Shown: one piece after another, positions 19,901 through 26,123 of the stretch
How positions within the stretch are numbered: position 1 is the first letter of the stretch
Layout of the letters: each line of letters begins with the position of its first letter
Virus record (IMG/VR): IMGVR_UViG_3300045594_000116
Location: 64,001 to 128,000 of that record
From: a virus
Lineage: Duplodnaviria; Caudoviricetes
DNA: 64,000 bases
Reading direction: 5' to 3' (one strand)
The notes under the pieces: generated by a model
The model's database searches: none
What the model was told of the DNA's origin: nothing
Seen by the model: the letters and a program-made list of their open reading frames with translations, nothing else
Position numbers and translations under genes: made by a program

Positions 19901-22498
19901 CATCGTATTACTACGAGCGTTGGAGACTTTGTGTCTCATGGCGTAAAGAGTATAGGTGGTTTCTTATCTGGTGATGCCAACGCAGATACAACCAAAGCAT
20001 CCAATGTTCCTACGGAAAAGGAAGTAGCTCCAAATGGAAAGAACTACGAAACTAACGATGTTAAATATCTGACTGATAAAGGATATAGTAGAGAAGATGC
20101 TCTCAAGTTCCTCGCTACAGATCCTAAATATGCTAAGTCTGATGACACAGCACCTAATGGTACTAAATATTCTGAGAATGATATTAAGTATTTGCTGAGC
20201 AAAGGATACACTAGAGCGGATGCTCTTAAGTTCCTCGCTACAGATCCTAAATATGCTAAAGCTTCTGGTAAAGGCAAATGGGGTCGTGGTGGAATCGGAA
20301 GTTGGTTCCATCGTATTACTACAAGCATTGGTGATTTCTTTAGCGGAAAATCTAGCTCCACTCCTGCAGCTAACGTTCCAACAGAAAAGGAAGTAGCTCC
20401 AAACGGAAAGAACTACGAGACCAATGATGTCAAATATCTTTTAGATAAAGGGTATAAGAGAGAGGATGCTCTTAAGCTTCTTTCTACAGATCCTAAGTAT
20501 GCTAAGTCTGATGACACAGCACCTAATGGCAAGAAATATTCTGAGAATGATATTAAGTATTTGCTGAGCAAAGGATACACGAGAACTGATGCTCTCAACT
20601 TCCTTGCTACAGATCCTAAATATGCAAAGACGAATGCTAGCTCCACTCCTGCTCCAGCAAGTATAGCTCCAGCTAAATCTGCTACTGAGCAGGCTAGCTC
20701 TGTACTGTCAACTAAAGGAACTGTAACGCTTCCTACAGCTCCAAAGGCCGCCGCTCCTATAACGGCTCCTGCACCTAATCCGAATTCTATTGAAGGAATA
20801 AGAGCTACCATAGCCGATATTCCTATTGATCAGATTGCGGAATATAACCGTATACTTGATACTGATAGCATTGCTGTTGCTAAGGCTAAAGCTGAGAAGG
20901 CTAGATCCGAATATCAGAAAGCTACTGGTACTGGTAAATGGGGTAGAGGTAATGGAATAGATGCTATTAGGGCTTCTATCTCCGACATTCCAGAATCTAG
21001 CATTCCGTCGTATAATCGTATCAACGATGATGACGACTTATTCGTTGCTAGAGCTAAAGCCCGTAGAATCCGCGCTATGTATGGAGGAAGCAATTCTTCT
21101 ACTATGGCAGCACCTACAAGCTTAGCATCTGTTGCAGCATCGGCTCCATCGGTCGGCATTAGCAGCACTCCTGCTATGAGCTCTGGAGCTTCAGGTAATA
21201 TAGATGCAGCTAAAACTATAGCTGAGATTCGCGCATGTATCTCAGATATCCCAGAATCTAGTATTCCGTCATATAATCGTATCAGCGATGATGATGACTT
21301 ATTTGTTGCTAGAGCTAAAGCTAAGAGAATTCGTGCCATGTATGGTAGCGGCTCTGGTAAATGGGGTAGAGGTGGAATCGGTAGTTGGTTCCATCGTATT
21401 ACTACAAGCATTGGAGACTTCTTCACTGGTGGCAGTAGTAGTAAATCTACATCTGCTGCAGTGGCAGTTGAAAAAGAAGTAGCACCTAATGGTAAACATT
21501 ATGAAACCAATGATGTAAATTACCTTACTAAGAATGGGTTCACAAGAGATGCTGCAATAAAGTATCTTGCAAACGATCCTAAATATTCTTCAAAGGATCT
21601 TGCTCCTAATGGACAGGAATACTCTGAGAATGATATTAAGTATTTGCTGAGTAAAGGATACACTAGAGCGGACGCTATTAAGTTCCTCGCTACCGATCCT
21701 AAGTATGCTAAGAAGAAGGAAGAAGAGAAGAAAGCCGCAACTGCACCAGCTACGACCACTCCTATTACTAACACCACTCTTAGCACTACGAATACTTCAG
21801 TTCCTACACCTCCAAAGACTGCAGCACCTATAACTGCAGCTGCTCCAAATCCGAATTCTATTGAAGGGATTAGAGCATCTATTGCTGATATTCCGCAGGA
21901 TCAGATTGCTGATTACAATAAGATTCTTGATACTGATAGCCTTGACGTTGCTAGAGCAAAAGCAGAAAAGGCTAGATCTGAATATCAGAAAGCTACTGGT
22001 ACTGGTAAATGGGGTAGAGGTAATGGCCTTGATGCATTGCGTCAGTCCATATCTGATATTCCACAGGATCAGATTGCTGATTACAATAAGATTCTTGATA
22101 CTGATAGCCTTGATGTTGCTCATGCCAAAGCTACTCAGATAAGAGCAAACTATAGAAGATCTCTTCCATCCGCTCCGGGTAGTGTTAGCCAGTCTAACAA
22201 TATACCTCCAGCTCCTGGAACTGTAACTGCCAATGGTATGGCTCCTGGTATGCCTGATCATGGTGATAAATTCGATACGATGATTGAACTTCTTAAAGGT
22301 ATGGCTAAAACTCTTATTGTTATCGCTCAGAATGGCAATGGCGGTGGGTCTGCTCAGCAGAAGCAAATCGACGATATGAAGACGCAGCTTGGCTCCGTTG
22401 TATCTGGATTCAACCAGACTACTGGAGTTAGTGATGTATTCGGAGGAAAGGATACCTCTAGTATCATAAACTCCTTGAATGTATTAGCTACTAGATAA
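7916..22498 (+). CDS. Giant tape-measure-like tail protein / virion-associated lysin polyprotein (4860 aa)
   Basis: AAAGGAGG RBS. Long helical and Gly/Ala-rich N-terminal part with hydrophobic GxxxG segments. C39-like peptidase (YSQLD..ACGPAS..NHYI, ~16180-16700). Phage tail lysozyme (AAAGIMGNMQQES..YGLCQWT, ~16810-17230). GH73 glucosaminidase (AQMVNESGW..NYGGIK..GGYY, ~17490-17865). M23 peptidase (HGGVD..HMDS..STGPHLHYE, ~18490-18860). C-terminal repeats. Confidence 0.85.
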   Translation: MLAIVKNYMKNIPKSIAYATVDTITSKSATLHDFSERNQDLYKSTYHAIRDYRTTIDKTKKAIQSSPIYRAGDLAFNNAMEDIRTGNFYNKERENKMEEEAVGDFGLDEFGEGINLGNEEGKPEGDKSQVAPPSLGDKMVCSSIGDAAKANATAVATAVGKTGKYIADTQKSIANMQYVQNAQMMGVMQTGFGNISSGLQTIYTTTAGLLKTQADNSKTFYETTTRALNEQNAMIKEMLEMQRERYKKEQEKEKPHSNNYSDIISASGAPDLKMYGKVVLENVKKLANEKSMGIASMLDENTLKAMAANPLGGIISLGINAAMGNHLSKAMERFDKTLSGVFGNFISRMNAEAKKGDGLAGILGKIFGIKSTVKTTLDTSKYEKGNMSWNGKANKALTEVIPGYLARIESALTGKEERRYDLDSGKWKSVRAIRTEWKANQKKYVTDSTSDVREEMKKLMKGMRFKTLDKKKGFDEDLDNFFEALYNNYGEFNEHNNKANKSDYGVSSSQNFKMIREMFKKLPKNVRSQIAGNTLNARASQDTTNRAHEKAGNAAYNVVFDESNMGSINEFNEKTGELKKNLGLLSSMNLNVMKDSYKHTVFDYLRDISETLKNIRTLSERGGFGGGGGNGHGHGRNRRPRYNWDEINKNNRGPREESRTERDQDREARKRQHYLDSAKEGEFQFDDDSSMGRFNTIITANASARDAKQAEDDRTKGNFIDRALGRRARNANGDKKSLSARLAAAGSIFDKVDVIADQLADFAKKPTEMLAGVVEAADQHVYDLFFSKDSNEVDPETGERAHGMFGYMKIQLKKTFSDANKWIKEKITDKLKEKYGADSMLGVANNAFKKYTGIDVGEKMKSLKTSIVGDGQGQKGLLSPVLDGITDSLKKALVEMKEDVKSTAEEARQAAMDAMNDDVTVGQRANGGFVPRTGLYMLSKGEAVVNSEDNPYNPNKNANVNADAKREQSMMVKLRKQFPNVDIVDGNYAKGTNPFKDKYKKEQHKIRKAKFNLDRVNGLRDKYKDQLSAFMGSFMGEGKSEDSGKMNLKDAKSILRSAAKGAGNFSAETIAKAKALVDAEQSERINTRSVQFADSILGNGDFKKTRLQMDKAKSAIMKLTPKVAGGAAVGTAAGFVLGGPLVGAVLGSATAIAMNSKTVNEFLFGKVGQDGKNDNKGIFSGKTQESIKKWFPDAKKYGITGGVLGLIGPFGPLTGVMLGSAIGFAKHNDTIKNALFGETGLINKGTKQKLKKALPAMGMGAAAGNVAGLLLGGPFGLLGNSVIGAGVGMLASTDQFKDTVFGKDDGHGHRTGGLVGEFRNAVLNPFKGGVKRVVDRFGRYLSEDIVKPVTSAMAPLGKVLELSIKKMASGISSVVGGTIKKVLSPVTDAATHYFKKFFLNSWVGKKVTEGAKLIGGGLLKVASAPSWLIGKVGDKARGSLIKSGNADFMSAEQRLAFADKHGIKDYSFSGLDQSLANTDAKGAESLAEQLKLMRNNGEGLEDSLATSRANMRKDVQSNGSIDNFTYRKIEKLMEAGKYKEAIDYVQSMKNITSTEKMRIINALKSGQKEVAKKRNAAEAGRTNIQAGYEKLSKQYGLDITGDNAKKIEALARKEAEAKRKDEGNGNTVEGEAADGSGSLVTAMNTNTIETVNILTEINKNLQAFLNGTKPGNAGAASENRAAANADKTFDHGNDKINQRAASLNGALEDKMFALNQKNGSMVRANISDENIYKLADSRSRDGKKKDRMSKLNKIIDRGINLTDTINMILGLDDPEFKIITDFFDTGMNMNATELAEFIGVCHDDRIIGCVKDFIKEGIPFEHLAWMKNCDNEMRRMIIQLHKEALPNATADQLYAVSGKYGTIISNARNGMNEDEITRSIGKKRGADLKRDTKAFGNQEASDVSKRNKMNVASDAMNKAGKATNGAIDSIGNATMAPINQARGFLHTSAATQDARNSRAASERAANIDKGNNASLKEEQKMIEQANKGRAEIEKNSKEAVPVGAHAFGLANLISGGMSVLSKGEQILSPVTKVLKKGYNGYQKAKSIANKFAHPIDTAMGYGKKKWNKAYNEAKAMQAAKNGGASAGSAGGASTETVSTEFGPQTYTRTTDGSMSLANTKENKDIQDKMAHKEEMQEEIVAKLEEIADNTGNPQGGGEPQGKKSGGFLSTLLALLGGLLSMLNPLSLAKKLFSILRSVGGKLFGTILKDILPAILKRFPMLGKLLGGLFSGGGAGGLFSGIKGLGGKALGWLSDKAMIAKDVAGGTLKAMGGLALDAGGKALSWGKDKLGGILGGAGRGLSKLGGKIGGIFGGGSSSGGGFLGKLKGKAGSLLGAAKGIGGKALGMAPGLAKGAAGLMVGGGMIDGIKSLTCTALDWVKSQIFGGDSGDGSSDGNESNGGGGGLFNTAMDYGGKAVDWARDKAGKAAGWVGDKASGLWNGAKSVAGKAAGWVGDKASAIKNAGSKAVDWGLSHIEGAKGAALKGWQGIKGVASSAMDAGSSFMSKAADAGSGVIEAVKNRVSGLLKTIGNYAAKMIPKNIAGKLSTVLDKIMEKVTNPQNAAKLAEKIGIKQGFTAAEAGAGPETLGVGTLVVGAAEIGFWFTKGYNNASEDFDLKDGVEPTTGMKFASGLAEAVTGATPIGYVLDGKDVIDIVQDIMGSDIGASNKDVNSANQSNDGAQQQMSGGNDSNGGDGGDDDNKSWFDKAKDFAANAASSAKNAVVGAYDWAKDKVSGIASVIKNRFGSGKWGRGAGDFYSQLDPSVAGMRFNAPGDTVTQTIGDSACGPASMLNMASALGKGKWGRSKWGRGASDLVAAAKDALPFKEKDGGVHPDYFRKEGEKLGIHTENIGVSNMDAAVDAGKPVILMGRDSNNNGTGNTPGVYGPYNHYITVTGKDKKGNYITQDPEGNPNQSVSKNYLKAHSSLAIAGSTGRGKWGRAKAMIASAARRAKLGFGRSKWGRGTDNAETIWNLLTTQYGLSNQAAAGIMGNMQQESGFDPHAVQDGGSADEPPDSCLNAADGSNAYGLCQWTGSRLRAMNDFAKSQGKSAGDIEVQLAFMKQEAGDTWNTISNAGTAEEAATIWAREFERCGIDGSRVAYATDIFAKQGKGITNKSTPSGNQNGNSSGGNQKDYSGLYGKIAKIQDALSSAFDFGEKKPDNKNGNKPGGLNVTGDVKYAVLKDLSKFINGGDPKIAAGAQVAMKTSQLTGLPADLIFAQMVNESGWFKSAVAEADHNYGGIKAYGDAKRGSAADDGEYYRHFDSDEEYAQYYATTLKKYEEDGIGQADTPEKFAHALKAGGYYAGDETDYANTMRGILNGGGGKWGRGRRSLPIGTTAKYGRGFFSSIADFINNRKPAAADDSEQGSEYTDTKPNPNGDSGGDDSSSSSDDSSSSDDSSKDKDGKDKDKKKDDKNKKPDSNSEDIGDGGMLDKIGTTAETMAKSLHDTIAPIIKSIGGLATKIFGSNITKIFGKTNPFEKQFSSGSESSNKDGDNKSGNKDSKGKQLPGVKVAGNPVEMLTSNLHAPVTSDYGATDGRPDAGAHGGVDIGAEQGTPVPSTVSGTATWVPPAGSGGGGYGNAVQVKDSKGNFHMFAHMDSQAVSQGQTVAKGDILGYVGSTGISTGPHLHYEIDPPENENAVKRGEHIDPNSYSVEGLGKWGLGARPKHSGYADVDSKHPMSKKIMQISDAASILSHKQVHEAAKSAGLAASGKWGRGIGSWLKRVGGSVRDFAVHSVRSIGGFLSGDANDDTAKTDVPTEKEVAPNGKNYETNDVKYLTDKGYTREDALKFLATDPKYAGKAGDDIAPNGTKYSENDIKYLLSKGYTRADALKFLATDPKYAKAAGKGKWGRGGIGSWFHRITTSVGDFVSHGVKSIGGFLSGDAKADTTKTDVPTEKEVAPNGKNYETNDVKYLTDKGYSREDALKFLATDPKYAGKAGDDTAPNGTKYSENDIKYLLSKGYTRADALKFLATDPKYAKASGKGKWGRGGIGSWFHRITTSVGDFVSHGVKSIGGFLSGDANADTTKASNVPTEKEVAPNGKNYETNDVKYLTDKGYSREDALKFLATDPKYAKSDDTAPNGTKYSENDIKYLLSKGYTRADALKFLATDPKYAKASGKGKWGRGGIGSWFHRITTSIGDFFSGKSSSTPAANVPTEKEVAPNGKNYETNDVKYLLDKGYKREDALKLLSTDPKYAKSDDTAPNGKKYSENDIKYLLSKGYTRTDALNFLATDPKYAKTNASSTPAPASIAPAKSATEQASSVLSTKGTVTLPTAPKAAAPITAPAPNPNSIEGIRATIADIPIDQIAEYNRILDTDSIAVAKAKAEKARSEYQKATGTGKWGRGNGIDAIRASISDIPESSIPSYNRINDDDDLFVARAKARRIRAMYGGSNSSTMAAPTSLASVAASAPSVGISSTPAMSSGASGNIDAAKTIAEIRACISDIPESSIPSYNRISDDDDLFVARAKAKRIRAMYGSGSGKWGRGGIGSWFHRITTSIGDFFTGGSSSKSTSAAVAVEKEVAPNGKHYETNDVNYLTKNGFTRDAAIKYLANDPKYSSKDLAPNGQEYSENDIKYLLSKGYTRADAIKFLATDPKYAKKKEEEKKAATAPATTTPITNTTLSTTNTSVPTPPKTAAPITAAAPNPNSIEGIRASIADIPQDQIADYNKILDTDSLDVARAKAEKARSEYQKATGTGKWGRGNGLDALRQSISDIPQDQIADYNKILDTDSLDVAHAKATQIRANYRRSLPSAPGSVSQSNNIPPAPGTVTANGMAPGMPDHGDKFDTMIELLKGMAKTLIVIAQNGNGGGSAQQKQIDDMKTQLGSVVSGFNQTTGVSDVFGGKDTSSIINSLNVLATR
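19045..22150 (+). repeat. Intragenic repeat array: 10 copies of APNG..Y..ND..YL..KGY.R.DAL..L..DPKY and 5 copies of IRA.I.DIP...I..YN.I.D.D.L.VA.AKA
   Basis: Near-identical ~400-bp DNA units at ~19045-20630; repeats visible in the translation. Confidence 0.95.
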
Positions 22499-22505
22499 TA
22501 AAAAG

Positions 22506-22539
22506 TCCCAGAAGGTATTATCCTTCTGGGATTTCTTTT
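22506..22539 (+). terminator. Intrinsic terminator
   Basis: TCCCAGAAGG-tattat-CCTTCTGGGA plus T-rich tail. Confidence 0.8.
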
Positions 22540-22562
22540 GTAAAATTAGATGTAATGAGCTA

Positions 22563-22578
22563 TATATTATATCAATGA
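22563..22578 (+). promoter_or_regulatory. Putative early promoter
   Basis: TATATTATA tcaa TGA. Confidence 0.6.
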
Positions 22579-22636
22579 TAGATAAATAGACAAGTCTACT
22601 AGATAGGCCTCTGTCATATAAGGAGGTTGATCTATC

Positions 22637-22852
22637 ATGAGTAATTCCAAAATTGTTTCAGTCGAGTTCAAGAAGAATAGTAAATTCGATCCTACAGATG
22701 TCATCGTGACATTCGACGATGGCCGAGTAACTAAGATCTTCGACTACTTTGAAGATGAAATTACCTTCTTCGCTAATGAGCTCATTGGGCTCACAGAGAA
22801 AGAGGCTGGAGATCTCTATATGAAAAAAGATATGCATTATCTTCGTTCATAA
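22637..22852 (+). CDS. Small hypothetical protein
   Basis: AAGGAGG RBS; stand-alone cassette with promoter motif and terminator (22860-22900). Confidence 0.8.
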   Translation: MSNSKIVSVEFKKNSKFDPTDVIVTFDDGRVTKIFDYFEDEITFFANELIGLTEKEAGDLYMKKDMHYLRS

Positions 22853-22923
22853 AGAGATAAGAGAAACGAAGCATGGATGCGACGTTTCTTTTTTTTTCTT
22901 AAACGGCTGTTATTGCTGTCTTC

Positions 22924-22936
22924 AACAATATGATAA
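22924..22936 (+). promoter_or_regulatory. Putative late promoter
   Basis: AACA atatga TAA. Confidence 0.6.
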
Positions 22937-22960
22937 ACGAAGATAGGAGTGAATGTGATA

Positions 22961-24904
22961 ATGGGATATGCATATACTATAACACAAGATACAGTTGCCA
23001 GAGCTGATTGCGCTGATGATGCTGCCGTAACTGCTAATATTGCAGCTGGCACAACTCTTGGCGTAGATGAAGTATCTGGTGGTTGGTATCATACCGGTAA
23101 AGGCTGGATATACATGATGTATTCTCCAGGTGGTGGTAAGAATGATATTTGTATTCTTAATAAGGCAGATACTAGTACGGCTTCCCTTGATAAAGGAAGT
23201 TCCGTAACCTTTAAACAAGGTGATGATTTCTACGACATAGGTGGAAATCTTATGAAAAGCGCTACTAATTATATCATAAGTGATTATAATTCTAGCACCG
23301 GTATAGTAACGCTTACTGATGGAACAAATACGTATCATGTAAATAAAGATCTTATATCTACTATAGATAAGGATGGAACTGTTGTCATTCCAGGAAATAT
23401 AGCAGAGGCTAGTACAGGAGTTTTGACTGATGATGGTACGTACACTACAGTTACTAAGGAATCGGTTCTAGATCAGGCTAAGAATGCATTAAAGTCTGCT
23501 AAGGATTCTTTTTTCTCTAGCGGTGATAGCGCTACTAGTAATGGTAAAAATCTAGATTTACGAGTAAGTACGGCACATGGTATATTTGGTATGCCGTATC
23601 AGTATATGCCGATAGCAGATCCTAGGGAAGATGAGTCGAATCAGGATGCATTTGGTTTGACATACTCAGATCGTATAGCTGCTAGAATGCCTCTTATGGT
23701 TATGATACCTGGAGTACCTGAATTTTTAGCCGGTAAGAGCGATAAGGAAAAGAAAAGTTTCGCCGAGAAATTATTAAATCTTAATGCTGGAGACTTATCT
23801 GATGATCTTACCAACCTCATTAGTACACCTGGTAAGTATTATGGAATGAAGCAAGATTGGGCTTCATACTACAAGTACGTAGATGTAATGTGTGATACGG
23901 CTGCTCATCTTCTCAATGTCGATGATGTAGATTACTTTAATGGAAAACTCGGAGACTATAACTGGTATAAAGCTAGTAATGATGATCTTAGAAAGAAGTT
24001 AAACTACAAAGGCGGAGTTGCATTCTATGTAAATGCTGAGAACACAGTATCTGAGTCGTTCTCGAATGCGACTACGCAATCAGCATTACTTAGTAAAATT
24101 AATGGTCTTTCTGATATCGGCCGTGAAATTAACTTTATCACTGGTGCCAAGAATGATACACTTGGTAAAGACTCTGATAAGGTATCCAATGGCGATAATG
24201 CAATGAAGGCCAATGAAAAAGCTCAACAGGCAGAAAAGATCGCAGGCCATGGTGGTACTGTACAGAATCTTATTGGCGCATTAGGATCGGGTTTAACCAC
24301 TGTTATCTCTGGTGGTAAACTCATGTTTCCTGAGATATGGCAGGATTCACAGTTCTCTAGAGATTATAATGTAAGTATCAAACTCACCTCTCCAGATTGT
24401 GATAACCTTTCTATATTTTTAAATATTATTGTTCCATATTTACATCTCGTTGCATTTGTAGCACCTCATAACGTCAACGTTAATGGATATATATCTCCAT
24501 TCTTGGCTCGTGTATACTACAAAGGCATGTTTAACTGTGATATGGGAATGGTAACTTCTATGTCTGTATCTAAAGGCGGAGATGGAAACTGGACACCATC
24601 TGGCATTCCTACAGTTATAGAGGTACAGCTTTCTATAAAAGAACTATATGGAACTATGTCAATCAATAATAGTCAGCAGGCTAATGGAACTGGTATCCTT
24701 TCTAATTTGATTCTTATGGATTATATTGGTAATCTTTGCGGAATTAATATTCAGGATATGGATCTTCCACGTATGGCTGCATTCTATTACGCAATGTACG
24801 TCCATAATAGATTCACCTCATACTTCTACGAGAATATCGAATCTGAGTTAAACAACTGGATTGATAATCGTAGGTTGGGCTTCTCTCGGCTATTTGGCAG
24901 TTAA
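22961..24904 (+). CDS. Baseplate / tail-tube-initiator-like structural protein
   Basis: C-terminal PEIWQDS.FSRDY.V.IKL..PF..GMVTSMSV.KG..WT..G.P..IEVQLSIKEL resembles the T4 gp48/gp54 tube-like fold; N-terminus SH3-like (GGWYHTGKGWI). Confidence 0.6.
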   Translation: MGYAYTITQDTVARADCADDAAVTANIAAGTTLGVDEVSGGWYHTGKGWIYMMYSPGGGKNDICILNKADTSTASLDKGSSVTFKQGDDFYDIGGNLMKSATNYIISDYNSSTGIVTLTDGTNTYHVNKDLISTIDKDGTVVIPGNIAEASTGVLTDDGTYTTVTKESVLDQAKNALKSAKDSFFSSGDSATSNGKNLDLRVSTAHGIFGMPYQYMPIADPREDESNQDAFGLTYSDRIAARMPLMVMIPGVPEFLAGKSDKEKKSFAEKLLNLNAGDLSDDLTNLISTPGKYYGMKQDWASYYKYVDVMCDTAAHLLNVDDVDYFNGKLGDYNWYKASNDDLRKKLNYKGGVAFYVNAENTVSESFSNATTQSALLSKINGLSDIGREINFITGAKNDTLGKDSDKVSNGDNAMKANEKAQQAEKIAGHGGTVQNLIGALGSGLTTVISGGKLMFPEIWQDSQFSRDYNVSIKLTSPDCDNLSIFLNIIVPYLHLVAFVAPHNVNVNGYISPFLARVYYKGMFNCDMGMVTSMSVSKGGDGNWTPSGIPTVIEVQLSIKELYGTMSINNSQQANGTGILSNLILMDYIGNLCGINIQDMDLPRMAAFYYAMYVHNRFTSYFYENIESELNNWIDNRRLGFSRLFGS

Positions 24905-24986
24905 TTTTTTATATGCTAGGTTACAATAGACTAAAGGCCATTATGTGCCTTTAGTCTAACCTTTGCTAAAAATTCGAGGTGATACT

Positions 24987-25703
24987 TTGGCGGGCAAAAA
25001 GAAAAAATATAAAACTCGTGAAGATAAAGCGGAAGAGTATGAAGCTAAGTTTAGCGACATACCGAAGGATTATAATACTAGATTAGATTGGCTATACGAT
25101 AAGCTACATCTTACTCCTAAAAAGAGTCAAGAGATAATAGAGAAATACCAGCGTATGCAATCTACTATTTGTTATAACGGAATATTTATAGTCTTATATG
25201 AGGTTCCAGAAGGATCTCCAAGACCAAGATTTAGACTAGTTAATAGAAAGAACTTAAGCGATATGGCTAAAGCTAACTCTAGCTTTGTTCATGTCTATTC
25301 ATTAACTGGTGAAAGCGATAATAGATTTATGAGAAGATTGATGTCCGATGAGGACTTTATCGATCTTGACCATATTATATATACACCATGCAACTTAGTA
25401 TATACTACATATTTTAAGACTCCTGGTTACTACAACTCAGTTGATACATATCTAGCTGAGCTTGGAATGCACAGGCCTATAACTAAACCAGATTGGGATA
25501 ATCTGGGTAAAAAATACAGTGATATGAGTAATAGCAACCTATGGTTAGATGATAATCTAGTTATAGATGGAACGGTAAGGAAGTTCTATTCGGTTCTTCC
25601 ACGAGTAGAAATAGAACTACAGTATACCAATATGCTATTTAATAAATATCAGTATGAATCTATTAGAAAAAGGTATGATGGAGATGTGCAATATTTTAAG
25701 TAG
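24987..25703 (+). CDS. rusA: RusA-family Holliday junction resolvase
   Basis: P.GSPRPRF, KPDWDNLGK..SD, W.DDNLV, K.Y..PRVEI motifs; GAGGTG RBS with TTG start. Confidence 0.85.
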   Translation: MAGKKKKYKTREDKAEEYEAKFSDIPKDYNTRLDWLYDKLHLTPKKSQEIIEKYQRMQSTICYNGIFIVLYEVPEGSPRPRFRLVNRKNLSDMAKANSSFVHVYSLTGESDNRFMRRLMSDEDFIDLDHIIYTPCNLVYTTYFKTPGYYNSVDTYLAELGMHRPITKPDWDNLGKKYSDMSNSNLWLDDNLVIDGTVRKFYSVLPRVEIELQYTNMLFNKYQYESIRKRYDGDVQYFK

Positions 25704-25717
25704 GGGAGTTTTTAGAA

Positions 25718-26077
25718 ATGATTGATACTGACAATACGTTACTTTTTATTGGAAAGGTGCGTTGTAAGCTGGCGCAGAACAACTTCTATGATCCGTATAT
25801 TATAGACGATATCGCTTCTGCACTCAAAGCTAAGGAATATGATTACGATAATACTAGAGGATTGCTGATCCTCAAGATGGAGAAAAGTATTCTTTGTTCA
25901 AAAGGTAAAGATGCGTATTCTGTAATAGAACCTATGCTTCAGAGATTCTATGAAAGCAGATCATTGAGATTGCTTCAGATCCTTGGGAGAGATGATACAG
26001 AGCGTATGCTGAGTCTCCCATCGAAATTATTTTATACAGTTATGGAAATGGACAATTCAATTGTTGTTCAGTTTTAA
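25718..26077 (+). CDS. Hypothetical protein
   Basis: GGGGAG RBS, follows rusA. Confidence 0.7.
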   Translation: MIDTDNTLLFIGKVRCKLAQNNFYDPYIIDDIASALKAKEYDYDNTRGLLILKMEKSILCSKGKDAYSVIEPMLQRFYESRSLRLLQILGRDDTERMLSLPSKLFYTVMEMDNSIVVQF

Positions 26078-26091
26078 AACACAAAATATAC

Positions 26092-26116
26092 CCCTCTACT
26101 CATTGCGAGTAGAGGG
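26092..26116. terminator. CCCTCTAC hairpin family copy 3, between convergent genes
   Basis: CCCTCTACTC-attgc-GAGTAGAGGG. Confidence 0.75.
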
Positions 26117-26123
26117 ATATATT

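Noticed and set aside
19045-22150. CRISPR array or DGR template/variable repeat
   Set aside because: The repeats are long, in frame and coding, with no unique spacers; differences are not adenine-specific and no reverse transcriptase is present in the window.
8151-22366. Many short ORFs inside the giant gene, including repeated ones
   Set aside because: Alternate-frame or antisense by-products of the long ORF and its repeats.
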